A stretch of DNA of 63,359 nt from the IMG/VR virus record IMGVR_UViG_3300030372_003104, positions 1-63,359 of that record. One strand, 5' to 3'. The position numbers and the translations under genes are program-made. Source of the DNA: a virus. Its lineage: Duplodnaviria > Caudoviricetes. Below are positions 8,797-18,236 of this stretch, one piece after another (position 1 is the first letter of the stretch; each line of letters opens with the position of its first letter). Below the pieces are notes generated by a model. It saw only the letters and a list, made by a program, of their open reading frames with translations. It was not told the origin of the DNA and ran no database searches.

Positions 8797-10557
8797 TTAT
8801 TTCTCGTATCGTGTTAGTATTTTTCCTTCAGCTTCTAATGGGATGTCCTCAATCCAACTAGGAGGAGTACTCATTATAGATATTATCTTTTCAAGAGTCT
8901 CTTCTGCTTTGTCTTCATCTGTCTCCACGACAACTTCATCGTGTACGTGGAAAATTGTTTTAATACCTGCTTCATCTATTCTTAGAAGCATGTCTGAAAA
9001 CACATCTCTCGCTAATGCTTGAGAAGCATTCTCCGCTAATAAACCTCCCCAAAGTCTGACAGGTATCTTCTTAGCTCCTTTAGCTACTCTAGCTACGTAT
9101 GTTCTTCGGTTATTTTGTAAAGCTACCTCAACCCTACCATAATTTATAGATCGTCCAGAGGGCAGAGGGACTTCAAAATTATTCATTGTAGTGTATGCAA
9201 CGTGCATTCTTCGTTGTAAACCGTTCCATAATCCAACAACCTTATTCATTTTGTTTCTGTACATATTAACAGCTTGCTCGGCCTGTTCGAGAGGTATACC
9301 TGCTATCAATGCAAACTTATTAGCACTCGCTCCATAGCCACAACCTAAGACAATCGTTTTAACTAAGTGACGTAACTTAGGATCTTCGTCTTTTAGAACT
9401 CCTTTAGAAGAATCCCACCTATCAAACCTAATAGCAAAGGCTTCGTATATGTCATCACAAGACTCTATTTCTTGTAGAGTGTCTTTATCTTTCGCTAACC
9501 AACATAAAGTACGGACTTCAATTTGAGAGAGGTCAACCGCAATGAGCTTCTTATTTGGTTTTGAAGCTATGAGTTTACGGAGATCAACTCCAAACATCTC
9601 TCCTCTAGGTAAGTTTTGTAAGTTAAGGTTTCCACCCCCTCCTGAAAACCTGCCAGTAGACGCTCCCCAATACATAATATTACCGTAGTATCTTTCATCA
9701 GACATGGTGGCGTGATTGAAACTTTCTAGCTTTCTTTTAAGAGAGTTAATTCTTCGGTAGTCTCTTACTGCTCCGATCCACTTATACTTCTGGCCGTATA
9801 TTTTAATCCACTTATTAGCGTCTTCATCAGTCATAGCTAGACTGACAGGTGGCTCCAAGCCCATTTTACGGCATTCATTATTAAATGCTTTTCTTGATAA
9901 TGTAGGAGCGTCATTGATCCAAGGGATAGAGTTCTCCGCTTCAAACAAATTAGTATTAATGTTCTCTAACTGTCTACGAAGTTCTTCAGTATCTATTGGC
10001 AACCCTCTCTGCGATATGGTTCTGTTAAGACAACTGATGTTTCTTTCTGTCTCAGGCCACTTATCTTCTAGTGTTTGCCATATCTGCAAACAAAGTTCTG
10101 AGTCTTTCAATGCGTACTCAGAAACTTCTTTCTTAAATTCTTTAGTCATGTTCTCCCAACGCTTACCTAACATGTTATCCCTCGTCTCCTTAGAGACTTC
10201 TAGTTCGAACAGTTCAGAAGAAGCGTTCTTCAATGCTCTTGGTAAGCCGCAGTATGCAACTAAATCAGCAGTACATAACCACTCCGCATATTCTACAGGC
10301 TTCCACCACTCCATCTTAACGCCATGTAAGTAGAGGCTCTGATCAAATGGAGCATTATGACTTATCGCTCTCTGGCCTTTTATTATCTGCCAATCAAAAT
10401 CTCTAGGGTCACCTACAAAGCTAGTACCTTCATCACCAACGACAGATACCATATAGGCATCAAACAATGGGTGATTAAAGTAACCTACCGCTCCTAATGT
10501 TTTAATTGAACATTCTTTATCGTAATAAGTTTCAAAATCTATCGCAAAAGTATTCAT
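8797..10557 (-). CDS. polA: DNA polymerase family A with 3'-5' exonuclease
   Basis: ExoI DFETY, TGRFS..NLQNLPR, motif A DLSQIEVR, motif B R..VKTIVLGCGYG, motif C VHDE. ATG at 10557 preferred. Confidence 0.95.
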   Translation of the reverse strand: MNTFAIDFETYYDKECSIKTLGAVGYFNHPLFDAYMVSVVGDEGTSFVGDPRDFDWQIIKGQRAISHNAPFDQSLYLHGVKMEWWKPVEYAEWLCTADLVAYCGLPRALKNASSELFELEVSKETRDNMLGKRWENMTKEFKKEVSEYALKDSELCLQIWQTLEDKWPETERNISCLNRTISQRGLPIDTEELRRQLENINTNLFEAENSIPWINDAPTLSRKAFNNECRKMGLEPPVSLAMTDEDANKWIKIYGQKYKWIGAVRDYRRINSLKRKLESFNHATMSDERYYGNIMYWGASTGRFSGGGGNLNLQNLPRGEMFGVDLRKLIASKPNKKLIAVDLSQIEVRTLCWLAKDKDTLQEIESCDDIYEAFAIRFDRWDSSKGVLKDEDPKLRHLVKTIVLGCGYGASANKFALIAGIPLEQAEQAVNMYRNKMNKVVGLWNGLQRRMHVAYTTMNNFEVPLPSGRSINYGRVEVALQNNRRTYVARVAKGAKKIPVRLWGGLLAENASQALARDVFSDMLLRIDEAGIKTIFHVHDEVVVETDEDKAEETLEKIISIMSTPPSWIEDIPLEAEGKILTRYEK

Positions 10558-10580
10558 AGTATTCCTTTCTGTGTATGATA

Positions 10581-10630
10581 AACCCACCTGTACTCATACC
10601 CCCACGATATGATTATCGTACAGGTGGGTT
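10581..10630. promoter_or_regulatory. 13-bp stem-loop upstream of polA (terminator or attenuator-like)
   Basis: AACCCACCTGTAC ... GTACAGGTGGGTT perfect inverted repeat with an inner CGATA/TATCG hairpin. Confidence 0.6.
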
Positions 10631-10667
10631 CCCCTCACATGAGACAAAGCCAATGGATGCTTTGTCT

Positions 10668-10880
10668 TTATTCGATTTCCAGATCGATCTGTTGATCTGG
10701 AATATCAATTTTTTCTCCTTTTAGATAGGATAAATACCATCTAAATCCTTGAAGGAGTTCTTTACAGTGCTCTTGTTGATCAACAAGTTGCTCTGTTTTT
10801 TCACCTATATCTTTTATTAGGTTTTCTAATTGAGATATCTCGCTTGTAATATGACTGATTATTTTGTCTTTGTGGATCAT
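10668..10880 (-). CDS. Small coiled-coil hypothetical protein
   Basis: ATG 1 bp after the upstream stop. Heptad-like sequence. Confidence 0.65.
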   Translation of the reverse strand: MIHKDKIISHITSEISQLENLIKDIGEKTEQLVDQQEHCKELLQGFRWYLSYLKGEKIDIPDQQIDLEIE

Positions 10881-10881
10881 A

Positions 10882-11520
10882 TTAAGCGAGTCTAGCAGCG
10901 AATTTTTGGATTTCATCAGCAGTCCCTTCTGTGGTTGGAGTTATACTTGGAACAAACCAACTGTTCATCCCTCTTGTTAGAAGTTCAGTTTTAAACTTCC
11001 AGTACTTCACACATATAGGGGAGTCTGGGTTGAATGTTTGAAAAGTAGCTAACCTTTCAAACGTGTATTTGAACGCATCTTTAGCTACGTTTATTTTACC
11101 CATAGCGTAGAACTCATCTCCTATTGGGTAAGGGTAAACGTCTTCGTCTTCCTTTTCTCCTTTAGGAAATATGAATAAGATTTCCGCAAATTTAATTACG
11201 TTATGCTCTGATTCCTTAGATAGTTCTTTAGCTTCTTCCTCACTAAAGACTTGTCTCGGCATTTCTGGGTGACCGAAAGGAGTGTCTTCTCTCCAACCCT
11301 TTATCGCTTTGATAGGGACAGCTTTACACTCTTCCTCATGGAGAATAAGTGTGTGCATCTTATCAACTACAAGTGCGCCAGTTTCCCCAGCAATTTTTGA
11401 CTGCGCCTGTACGACATTAAGTCTAGGTGCGTTCAAGTCTTCTGCTGAGAACTCAAGCTTAGGTGCATCAGGTACTATCTGTATCTCTTCTTTTTTCTTT
11501 TTTTGTAATGTTGTACTCAT
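10882..11520 (-). CDS. Putative single-stranded DNA-binding protein
   Basis: PRLNVVQAQS..G motif and C-terminal N.W.VP. Lies between the nuclease and polA, as in many phage replication modules. Confidence 0.55.
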   Translation of the reverse strand: MSTTLQKKKKEEIQIVPDAPKLEFSAEDLNAPRLNVVQAQSKIAGETGALVVDKMHTLILHEEECKAVPIKAIKGWREDTPFGHPEMPRQVFSEEEAKELSKESEHNVIKFAEILFIFPKGEKEDEDVYPYPIGDEFYAMGKINVAKDAFKYTFERLATFQTFNPDSPICVKYWKFKTELLTRGMNSWFVPSITPTTEGTADEIQKFAARLA

Positions 11521-11550
11521 ATATGTTTATTTATTTTATATTTATTTGTT

Positions 11551-12669
11551 TTAGGACAGCGTATAACGCACGTCGGAACTGGCTACAATGTCGAGATCTT
11601 GAGCAGCGTCAAGAAATTCTTGAGTCTTCTGTCTTTTTTCACCTTCAGGTGCTGTATCTCCTACTGCTTTTGCAATCTTTGTGATTGGTATATTAACGAT
11701 ATTTAATAATTCGTCTTTGTCTAAATCGTACTCTTGGGCAAGTTTAGCAAACTTCATATTATCTTTACACTTCTTAGGAGCACCCATTGATTTAAGTCTG
11801 AGGGTAGGAAACTCAACACCTTCCTTTGCCATCTCCATTGCTTTAGATTTAATTCTATCTGCCCAAGCAGTAACAATCTTAGACACTACATATAAATGTT
11901 CTACAGCAGCAGGGTCATCAGGGTCAGATATATCCCCTTTAGGCAGTGCGTCGTCAGCAACTCGTGACGCAACCTCCACTGCCAATCCGCCCAAGGCAGG
12001 GCAAGTATCTTCATAGGCACAGAATCTACAGTTCACCGTAGGGTTAAGTTCATATAGATCGGGTGCGCCTCCGTCCCACTTAGGTCTTATCTTCTCACCT
12101 CTCTTAATTATTTTACTAAGCTTCTTAATAAGGGTAGGCACTTCATCTCTTGAGAATTTTCCCGTAAGCGTTTGATTCCTTACAGGTATGAAGAAAACAA
12201 AATCTATTTCATTTACTTCCGTGTGTGCTTGAAATGCTCCAATAGTGTAAGCTATAGCTTGCCAGTTATCTCTAGGCTCGTCGATCTGACTGATGCCAGT
12301 CTTATAATCAATCATAACTGCCTGATCATCTATCTTAACAAACTTATCACAAGTACCCCACGTAGCTGTACCATCTAATTGAATGTCTACTTGAATCTCG
12401 TTGTACTCTTTATATTGTTTACCATTAGCAAATGTATTAAGATATGCTTCTTCATCAGCTACAATAGCTTCATAAATTTCGTGTTCCCCTTCATCGTGTA
12501 GTGCAGAAGGATCTTTAATCTCAAGAGCTTCGTGAATACGAGTACCTTTTTCTGCTGCTGCGTTAGTGCCTGACCTACCTACGTATCCTGCACAACCTGC
12601 AACATACTTTAAACTTGATGGACTAAACTCTGCGTGTCCTCTGCTTCCGTGATCTGGTTGATTATCCAT
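11551..12669 (-). CDS. Cas4-like/PD-(D/E)XK exonuclease (DUF2800-like)
   Basis: HAEFSPSS..C.G, GTRIH, GTCD, IDYKTG, CRFC...CP. Confidence 0.85.
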   Translation of the reverse strand: MDNQPDHGSRGHAEFSPSSLKYVAGCAGYVGRSGTNAAAEKGTRIHEALEIKDPSALHDEGEHEIYEAIVADEEAYLNTFANGKQYKEYNEIQVDIQLDGTATWGTCDKFVKIDDQAVMIDYKTGISQIDEPRDNWQAIAYTIGAFQAHTEVNEIDFVFFIPVRNQTLTGKFSRDEVPTLIKKLSKIIKRGEKIRPKWDGGAPDLYELNPTVNCRFCAYEDTCPALGGLAVEVASRVADDALPKGDISDPDDPAAVEHLYVVSKIVTAWADRIKSKAMEMAKEGVEFPTLRLKSMGAPKKCKDNMKFAKLAQEYDLDKDELLNIVNIPITKIAKAVGDTAPEGEKRQKTQEFLDAAQDLDIVASSDVRYTLS

Positions 12670-13333
12670 GACATGCAAATTTACCAAATGTTTGCTCTCT
12701 AAAAGCTGTCGCTACTTTATTAGCGTGTTCTAGCCCTTCTTTAGTGTCAGGCCAACTTGCATGACCAAACTCATCTTTCACATAAATCGTTTTACCATCA
12801 AGTGTGAATACAACTCGAATACGGTTGTTCCCACTTCTAACTACATTTTTATATCCAGTTGTGTTATTGCTTGGTAATCTCGTATTACCGCTATTTTGTT
12901 TTGGAGTCGCATGCCTTAAATTACTTAGCTTATCATTCAATGTGTCATGGTCTATATGGTCAACTTGCTTAGTTACATCATCATAGCGGAACATCGCCAT
13001 TATAACTCGTGAAGCAAAAAACCTTTTACGCTTACCATTGACATACCACCAAATAACATTTCTAGCTGGATGCCAGCATTGTTTACTTTCACACCACTCC
13101 TTCGGTTTTACTATGGTCGCTTTATGTCCTTTTCTTTTGGTACGGTAAAGATGTCTATTCGTTCTTATGTCTTTCTTCCAGAAAATACCCCCGTTGTTAT
13201 AATACACAGACTCTATTAGATCTTCTGGTATTGGATTATATTTTAATTTTTTATCTTCGGTGTCTGATGTTTTGTGTTTAACCACAGGTTCGACATCTAT
13301 ATCTAATTTCAGTTGGGTTTGTGTATTATCCAT
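12662..13333 (-). CDS. HNH homing endonuclease with an AP2-like C-terminal DNA-binding domain
   Basis: VDHIDHDTLNDKLSNLR....QN..N, NNTTGYKNV, A...R...FGKFA. Confidence 0.9.
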   Translation of the reverse strand: MDNTQTQLKLDIDVEPVVKHKTSDTEDKKLKYNPIPEDLIESVYYNNGGIFWKKDIRTNRHLYRTKRKGHKATIVKPKEWCESKQCWHPARNVIWWYVNGKRKRFFASRVIMAMFRYDDVTKQVDHIDHDTLNDKLSNLRHATPKQNSGNTRLPSNNTTGYKNVVRSGNNRIRVVFTLDGKTIYVKDEFGHASWPDTKEGLEHANKVATAFREQTFGKFACHG

Positions 13334-14618
13334 GTAGTGCTTTCAGGTTTTGTAGTTTTCTATTAACAGCTTGTATCACATTTTCCTCAATGGTGTCTAC
13401 AGCGACTAATATTTTTTGCAGTGCATCTGACTTTGCACCATTCCTGTGAATGCGTCCTAACGTCTGTGCAAACTCTTTAGCAGAATACGATGGGCATATT
13501 AAACTAACTCTGGGTCTTTTGCCATTAATATCGTGTAATGAAAGTCCAGTTCCTCCTGCACTGATATTGACAACGAGCACATGTTCATTGTCATCTTGAA
13601 AATCATCAATGATTTGTTGACGTGCTTTTATGGTCTGACCGCCTTCTATTGAATTACATTTTAGTTGTGTGCATAGAGCTTTCACAGTGTCTTTAAAGTT
13701 AACAAAGATCACTACAGAGTTACCTTGATCAACTAAGTCCTCTGCCATAGAAGCAATATCAGGTACTTTCATAGCTTCTGTTAATTGTCTTGCACGTAAA
13801 ATGTTTACCAATACCCATTCACTATCACCTACAGTACCCTCTTCAATATAACGAGTTACTATTTCAGGTGTAATCTCAAGCTCTCTATAGACCTTCTGTA
13901 TCGCTTTTTTATCAGAGAACTCTACGCTCTCAGTGAATACCCTGTTGTTTCTAAAGCTATCAGGGAAGTCATCGACCTCTAGTTTATGTCCAGTAACGCC
14001 ATATATACTTTGGCGTAGTGGGTCTAGTTTTCTCCTGCTAATAAGCCTCCATTGCTTCCATTGATCAGGAGCACACCCATTGTCACTCATCCATCCGTAC
14101 CATGTTTTTAAATCACCATCTCTTTTATTCAAACTATGAAGACCTAACATATAACCTAACGCTCTCATTTCAGTAGGGTCTTCTGCTGCTGTTGCAGACA
14201 TGCCATGCACACGATAGCCTTGCTGTACTAGACTGATAAGAAGTTGAGCGTTCTGTGTGAAGGCTCCCTTACACTTATGTATCTCATCAATAAGAATTAA
14301 AGTATCTTTAGGAAGATGCCACTGCATTATCTTCTTACCTCTTTTACTCATAAACGGAGCACGGCCTCTTCTGATATTCTCATAGTTAAGAACAAACAAA
14401 GGCTTTAGCCCTGTCTCTTTTAACTCTCTTTCCCAAGAAGGGATGACTGCTTTAGGGCAGATGACAGCAACGTCACCACCTAAGTTTCTAGATAGGTGTG
14501 CAGCTACTACAGTTTTACCTGTGCCTACAGCACTACTGTCTATGGTGTTTATATTCTCTACTTGTCGTGATAAGAAAAAATCACACGCTTCTTTTTGTCG
14601 TTCGAATAAGGTCTTCAT
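13326..14618 (-). CDS. SF2 (SNF2-like) DNA helicase
   Basis: GTGKT, DEIH, SAT, GGTGLSL, QTLGRIHR. ATG at 14618 preferred because the longer start overlaps a stem-loop. Confidence 0.9.
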   Translation of the reverse strand: MKTLFERQKEACDFFLSRQVENINTIDSSAVGTGKTVVAAHLSRNLGGDVAVICPKAVIPSWERELKETGLKPLFVLNYENIRRGRAPFMSKRGKKIMQWHLPKDTLILIDEIHKCKGAFTQNAQLLISLVQQGYRVHGMSATAAEDPTEMRALGYMLGLHSLNKRDGDLKTWYGWMSDNGCAPDQWKQWRLISRRKLDPLRQSIYGVTGHKLEVDDFPDSFRNNRVFTESVEFSDKKAIQKVYRELEITPEIVTRYIEEGTVGDSEWVLVNILRARQLTEAMKVPDIASMAEDLVDQGNSVVIFVNFKDTVKALCTQLKCNSIEGGQTIKARQQIIDDFQDDNEHVLVVNISAGGTGLSLHDINGKRPRVSLICPSYSAKEFAQTLGRIHRNGAKSDALQKILVAVDTIEENVIQAVNRKLQNLKALHG

Positions 14619-14672
14619 TTCCTCCACCGATACATTACAGAACGATTCTTGTCTAGAGAAAAAAATTGAACA

Positions 14673-14710
14673 GGGAGTAAAGGTGGAAAAAAGCAAACAC
14701 CTTTACTCCC
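14673..14710. terminator. 13-bp stem-loop between the RuvC and helicase genes
   Basis: GGGAGTAAAGGTG-N12-CACCTTTACTCCC. Confidence 0.55.
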
Positions 14711-14767
14711 CTAGTTAGACAAAACCAAGTAAAAGCCTAACTTGGTTTAATATAATACATATTCGTT

Positions 14768-15265
14768 TTATGTACTAATCGATTTAGCTTTAATATATCT
14801 AGCAATAAGGAACGCATCAATCATGCCATCATGTGCTTTACTAGCCCTTTTACTCTTCTGCCAACATTCATCAGGTGCTAGACACTCTGCTTTCCATAAG
14901 GCAGCTTGTTTGGTTTGGCCTTTAGGCACATTACCTAACATAAACTTTTGCCACTTATGGACTGACACACAACAATGCTCCCACTGTCTACTCTCACAAA
15001 CCCCCATAATTTTCCCAAAAGATATACCCATTGATCGTACAGCTTGCGAAGATTTAGCATGTTTCAATGGTTCCTCGACAGCGACTAAGAAGTCATCTGC
15101 ACATTGTCCGAGATCCATTATCCACTCGTAAATTTTACGTGATTCAACTTCACGCTTACCTGCTCTATGAGTAGTAGGCATGATGGTTTTATCTATAACA
15201 TCTCCCGTATGCTTTGATATGGCTACAATGCCTCCGTCTAAACCATTGTCTATACCTATGATCAT
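14768..15265 (-). CDS. RuvC-like Holliday junction resolvase
   Basis: IIGIDNG, VEE, W.K, DGMIDAFLIA. Confidence 0.85.
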   Translation of the reverse strand: MIIGIDNGLDGGIVAISKHTGDVIDKTIMPTTHRAGKREVESRKIYEWIMDLGQCADDFLVAVEEPLKHAKSSQAVRSMGISFGKIMGVCESRQWEHCCVSVHKWQKFMLGNVPKGQTKQAALWKAECLAPDECWQKSKRASKAHDGMIDAFLIARYIKAKSIST

Positions 15266-15495
15266 ATACCTTGAAGAGCTTTACGGGTTATGATTAACCC
15301 GTCGCCTTCTGCGGGTATGAAAACATCTACATTTTTTATAAGTAGTTGTAGGTAGTAAACTTCTTTAGCTGTCTTAGGTATAACTAAGTAGTAAGTACCT
15401 ACTAGTAAGTCACTTATAAAAGTAAAGTCTTTAGGAGGAATCTCTTTCCTTATTATAATAGTGGGATGCTCAATAACTTCCCTATCGGGAAACAT
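15262..15495 (-). CDS. Hypothetical protein
   Basis: ORF with ATGA coupling to the RuvC gene. Confidence 0.6.
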   Translation of the reverse strand: MFPDREVIEHPTIIIRKEIPPKDFTFISDLLVGTYYLVIPKTAKEVYYLQLLIKNVDVFIPAEGDGLIITRKALQGI

Positions 15496-15497
15496 TT

Positions 15498-15764
15498 TTA
15501 TATCGCTCTGTCTTCGAGAAAACATGGAGTACCTTCGCCAAAATTGTTTTGTAAGTACTCATACTCTAACCTATCATTTGCTTCTTTGGTAGATAAATTA
15601 AACTGTTTTTTTAAAACTGAGATAGTAATCTCTTTCGAGTAACAAGCGATAGGTGGACTACCGTATCTATCAACAGTTCCTATAAAGGCATCTTCAAGTC
15701 CCGCATATAATAATAAAGTGGACTCTGCATCTTCTTCAGTCTTTGGTTTCTTCTGGTTCGACAT
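15498..15764 (-). CDS. Conserved hypothetical phage protein (paralogue of 6368..6652)
   Basis: GLEDAFIG...IACYS...EA...LEY..N..G.TP.F pattern. Confidence 0.65.
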   Translation of the reverse strand: MSNQKKPKTEEDAESTLLLYAGLEDAFIGTVDRYGSPPIACYSKEITISVLKKQFNLSTKEANDRLEYEYLQNNFGEGTPCFLEDRAI

Positions 15765-16395
15765 CAATTATATCATCTTGGTTTGTTTTAATAGCACCCT
15801 TGCCTTTATCAGCACGGGCATTATTTAAAATACTTATATCGATCTGCATCTTACCAACACCCCCGCCTCTCTTTTCGTTAAGTCCTAAGTTCCTCCTTAT
15901 CATTTGGTCTAATTGATCAAGCTCACGGATAGTTCTAGGCGGTCTTAGATTCTTCATAGAATCTCTAAGCAATCTCATACCTGCGGCAGCTACATATGTT
16001 TGATACTTTTCGGCAGGAGATGTCTGTGCTTCTGATATCTCAAGTATATCTTTCTCTTCTTCAGATCTTGCTTCTCTCTTTGCTATGTTAATTGCTTCTT
16101 TAGTTTTTTTATTAAGGTCATCATCCAATGTTTCCTGTATTGGATCTGCACTCTGCTCTTTTTTAGTCTCTGGATTTGATCCATATGAGTCGTTCTTAGG
16201 GCCGAACCCTGCTTTTCTTAACCATCTACGTAGCGTAGACGTGGATATTCCTAGTTCATCAGCTATATTAGTTAACTTATAGTCCTGTTTGTAGAGTTGT
16301 AATGCACGTTGTACATCTTCTCTATTTAGGAAATCTGAATTATTTTGTTTCTTAGGCAAAGCAATTAAAGATAATATTTTTACATAAAAATTCAA
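15736..16395 (-). CDS. HTH DNA-binding protein, possible terminase small subunit (start uncertain, perhaps TTG at 16359)
   Basis: ALQLY..YKLTNIADELGISTSTLRRW HTH, helical middle region, C-terminal IIDVEP. Head-to-head with TerL. Confidence 0.55.
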   Translation of the reverse strand: MNFYVKILSLIALPKKQNNSDFLNREDVQRALQLYKQDYKLTNIADELGISTSTLRRWLRKAGFGPKNDSYGSNPETKKEQSADPIQETLDDDLNKKTKEAINIAKREARSEEEKDILEISEAQTSPAEKYQTYVAAAGMRLLRDSMKNLRPPRTIRELDQLDQMIRRNLGLNEKRGGGVGKMQIDISILNNARADKGKGAIKTNQDDIIDVEPEETKD

Positions 16396-16400
16396 GTAAT

Positions 16401-18176
16401 ATGAGCAAGTCTGCTAAAGCATACGAACCACGTATAGATCCTAAAACAAAGAAGATGGATGTAGGTGGTATGATGATACCTCCTACTAATACAATCACTG
16501 CATTATTATATGGGTTAGGTAACCATGATTCACATAGAGCAAAGGAGTATTACTTCTGGCGGTTATGTGACGAGATATGGAACGGGCCAGATAGACCAGA
16601 GCCTATGATGGTAAAACATCCTTGGGCTGAAGAGATGATCAGAGCGGTTATCCGTAACAAGTACATAGCTATAGGCGGTGCAGCTAATAGTGGTAAGTCT
16701 CATACGTTAGCTGCTTGGGGGATACTAAACTGGTTAGCTGCTCCAAGAGATACACTGATACTGCTGACATCGACAACACTACGAGAAGCACGTAAACGAA
16801 TATGGGGTTCTGTTGTATCTTTGTTAATGGTGATAGAAGGAGCACCAATTAGAATACGAGATAGTATTGGTAATGCTGCATACGTTACGGAGAAAGGTAA
16901 CTTGATAGAAAGAGCAGGTCTTTCTTTGATTGCTGCTGAGAAATCAAAAACAAAAGAAGCGATAGGTAAGTTCATTGGTATAAAGCAGAAGAGAGTAATG
17001 CTAATTGCTGACGAGCTTTCAGAAATATCAGAGGCTATCGTACAAGCAGGTCTAAGTAACCTATCTAAAAACGAAAGGTTTGAGATGATAGGGTTGAGTA
17101 ACCCTAACTCTAGGTTTGATGCGTTCGGTGTATGGTCAACACCTAAAGATGGTTGGGATAGTGTAGATACAAACACAGATTATCAATGGAGAACTAAATG
17201 GGGCGGTGAGTATGTACGCTTTGATGCTGAACGAAGCCCTAACGTAATTGCTAATGAAGTGATTTACCCTTGGCTACCTACAGTAGATAAGCTCAATGAG
17301 GACAAAGCATTACTAGGGCAAGAGTCTCGTGGATACTATAGGATGTGTCGTGCTGTTTTCTTTGATGGTGATGAGGAAGATACTATCTACAATGAAGCAG
17401 AGCTATCACGTAGTGGTTCTATGAGTAAGATTGAGTGGAAGAATAAACCAATACCAATCGCAGGACTCGACCCTGCTTTTACTAATGGTGGTGACAGATG
17501 TATTCTATATACAGGTCATGTTGGCTACGCAACTACTGGTCAATTCGTATGTCAGCTTGATGAAGCTATACATCTCAATGACGATGCCACCAACAAAGCG
17601 GTTCCACGAACTTATCAGATTGTTCGTCAGGTGCGGAGCGAGTGCGAGAAGAGAGGCATAAAGCCAATGGATATCGCAGTAGACGCAACAGGGGCAGGTG
17701 CTCCATTTTGCGACGTACTCGCAGGAGAATGGAGTGATCAGATTCTTCGTGTTTCTTTTGGTGGTCGGGCATCGGATCGTAGAGTCTCTGCTAACTCTAA
17801 ATACACAGGGACTGAATTGTATGTAAACAGAGTAACAGAACTATGGTTCGTTGGCAAAGAACTTTGTAGGACTAAGCAGTTGTTTGGAGTTACTGGTGAG
17901 TTAGCGCAGGAGATCACAGGCAGAAATTACGAAATGATCAAGGGCGGTACGCTAAGAATGAAGATTGAAAGTAAGGTTGAGCACAAAGCTAGGCTTGGAA
18001 AATCCCCTGACTTAGCTGACGCAGCCTTCTTATGTTTAGATCTAGCCCGTCAGAGACATAGTTTGATGGCGGTTGAGCCTATAGAAACAGGGAATTCATT
18101 AGGTTATTCCAAACCAAGGAGGTCTATTAAGAGATTATCTAACATGTTAAGTACAGATACTCTGCACGGAACATAG
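16401..18176 (+). CDS. terL: Terminase large subunit
   Basis: Walker A GAANSGKS, Walker B LIADE, coupling motif SNP, nuclease motifs GLDPA, VDATG and SPDLADA. Confidence 0.92.
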   Translation: MSKSAKAYEPRIDPKTKKMDVGGMMIPPTNTITALLYGLGNHDSHRAKEYYFWRLCDEIWNGPDRPEPMMVKHPWAEEMIRAVIRNKYIAIGGAANSGKSHTLAAWGILNWLAAPRDTLILLTSTTLREARKRIWGSVVSLLMVIEGAPIRIRDSIGNAAYVTEKGNLIERAGLSLIAAEKSKTKEAIGKFIGIKQKRVMLIADELSEISEAIVQAGLSNLSKNERFEMIGLSNPNSRFDAFGVWSTPKDGWDSVDTNTDYQWRTKWGGEYVRFDAERSPNVIANEVIYPWLPTVDKLNEDKALLGQESRGYYRMCRAVFFDGDEEDTIYNEAELSRSGSMSKIEWKNKPIPIAGLDPAFTNGGDRCILYTGHVGYATTGQFVCQLDEAIHLNDDATNKAVPRTYQIVRQVRSECEKRGIKPMDIAVDATGAGAPFCDVLAGEWSDQILRVSFGGRASDRRVSANSKYTGTELYVNRVTELWFVGKELCRTKQLFGVTGELAQEITGRNYEMIKGGTLRMKIESKVEHKARLGKSPDLADAAFLCLDLARQRHSLMAVEPIETGNSLGYSKPRRSIKRLSNMLSTDTLHGT

Positions 18177-18181
18177 CCCTG

Positions 18182-18209
18182 TTGACTTTTCATATAAAAA
18201 AACTAAATT
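18182..18209 (+). promoter_or_regulatory. sigma70-like promoter for the ejection-protein operon
   Basis: TTGACT-N16-TAAATT in the intergenic gap. Confidence 0.45.
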
Positions 18210-18236
18210 TATAGGTAATATACAACACAAATAAGT

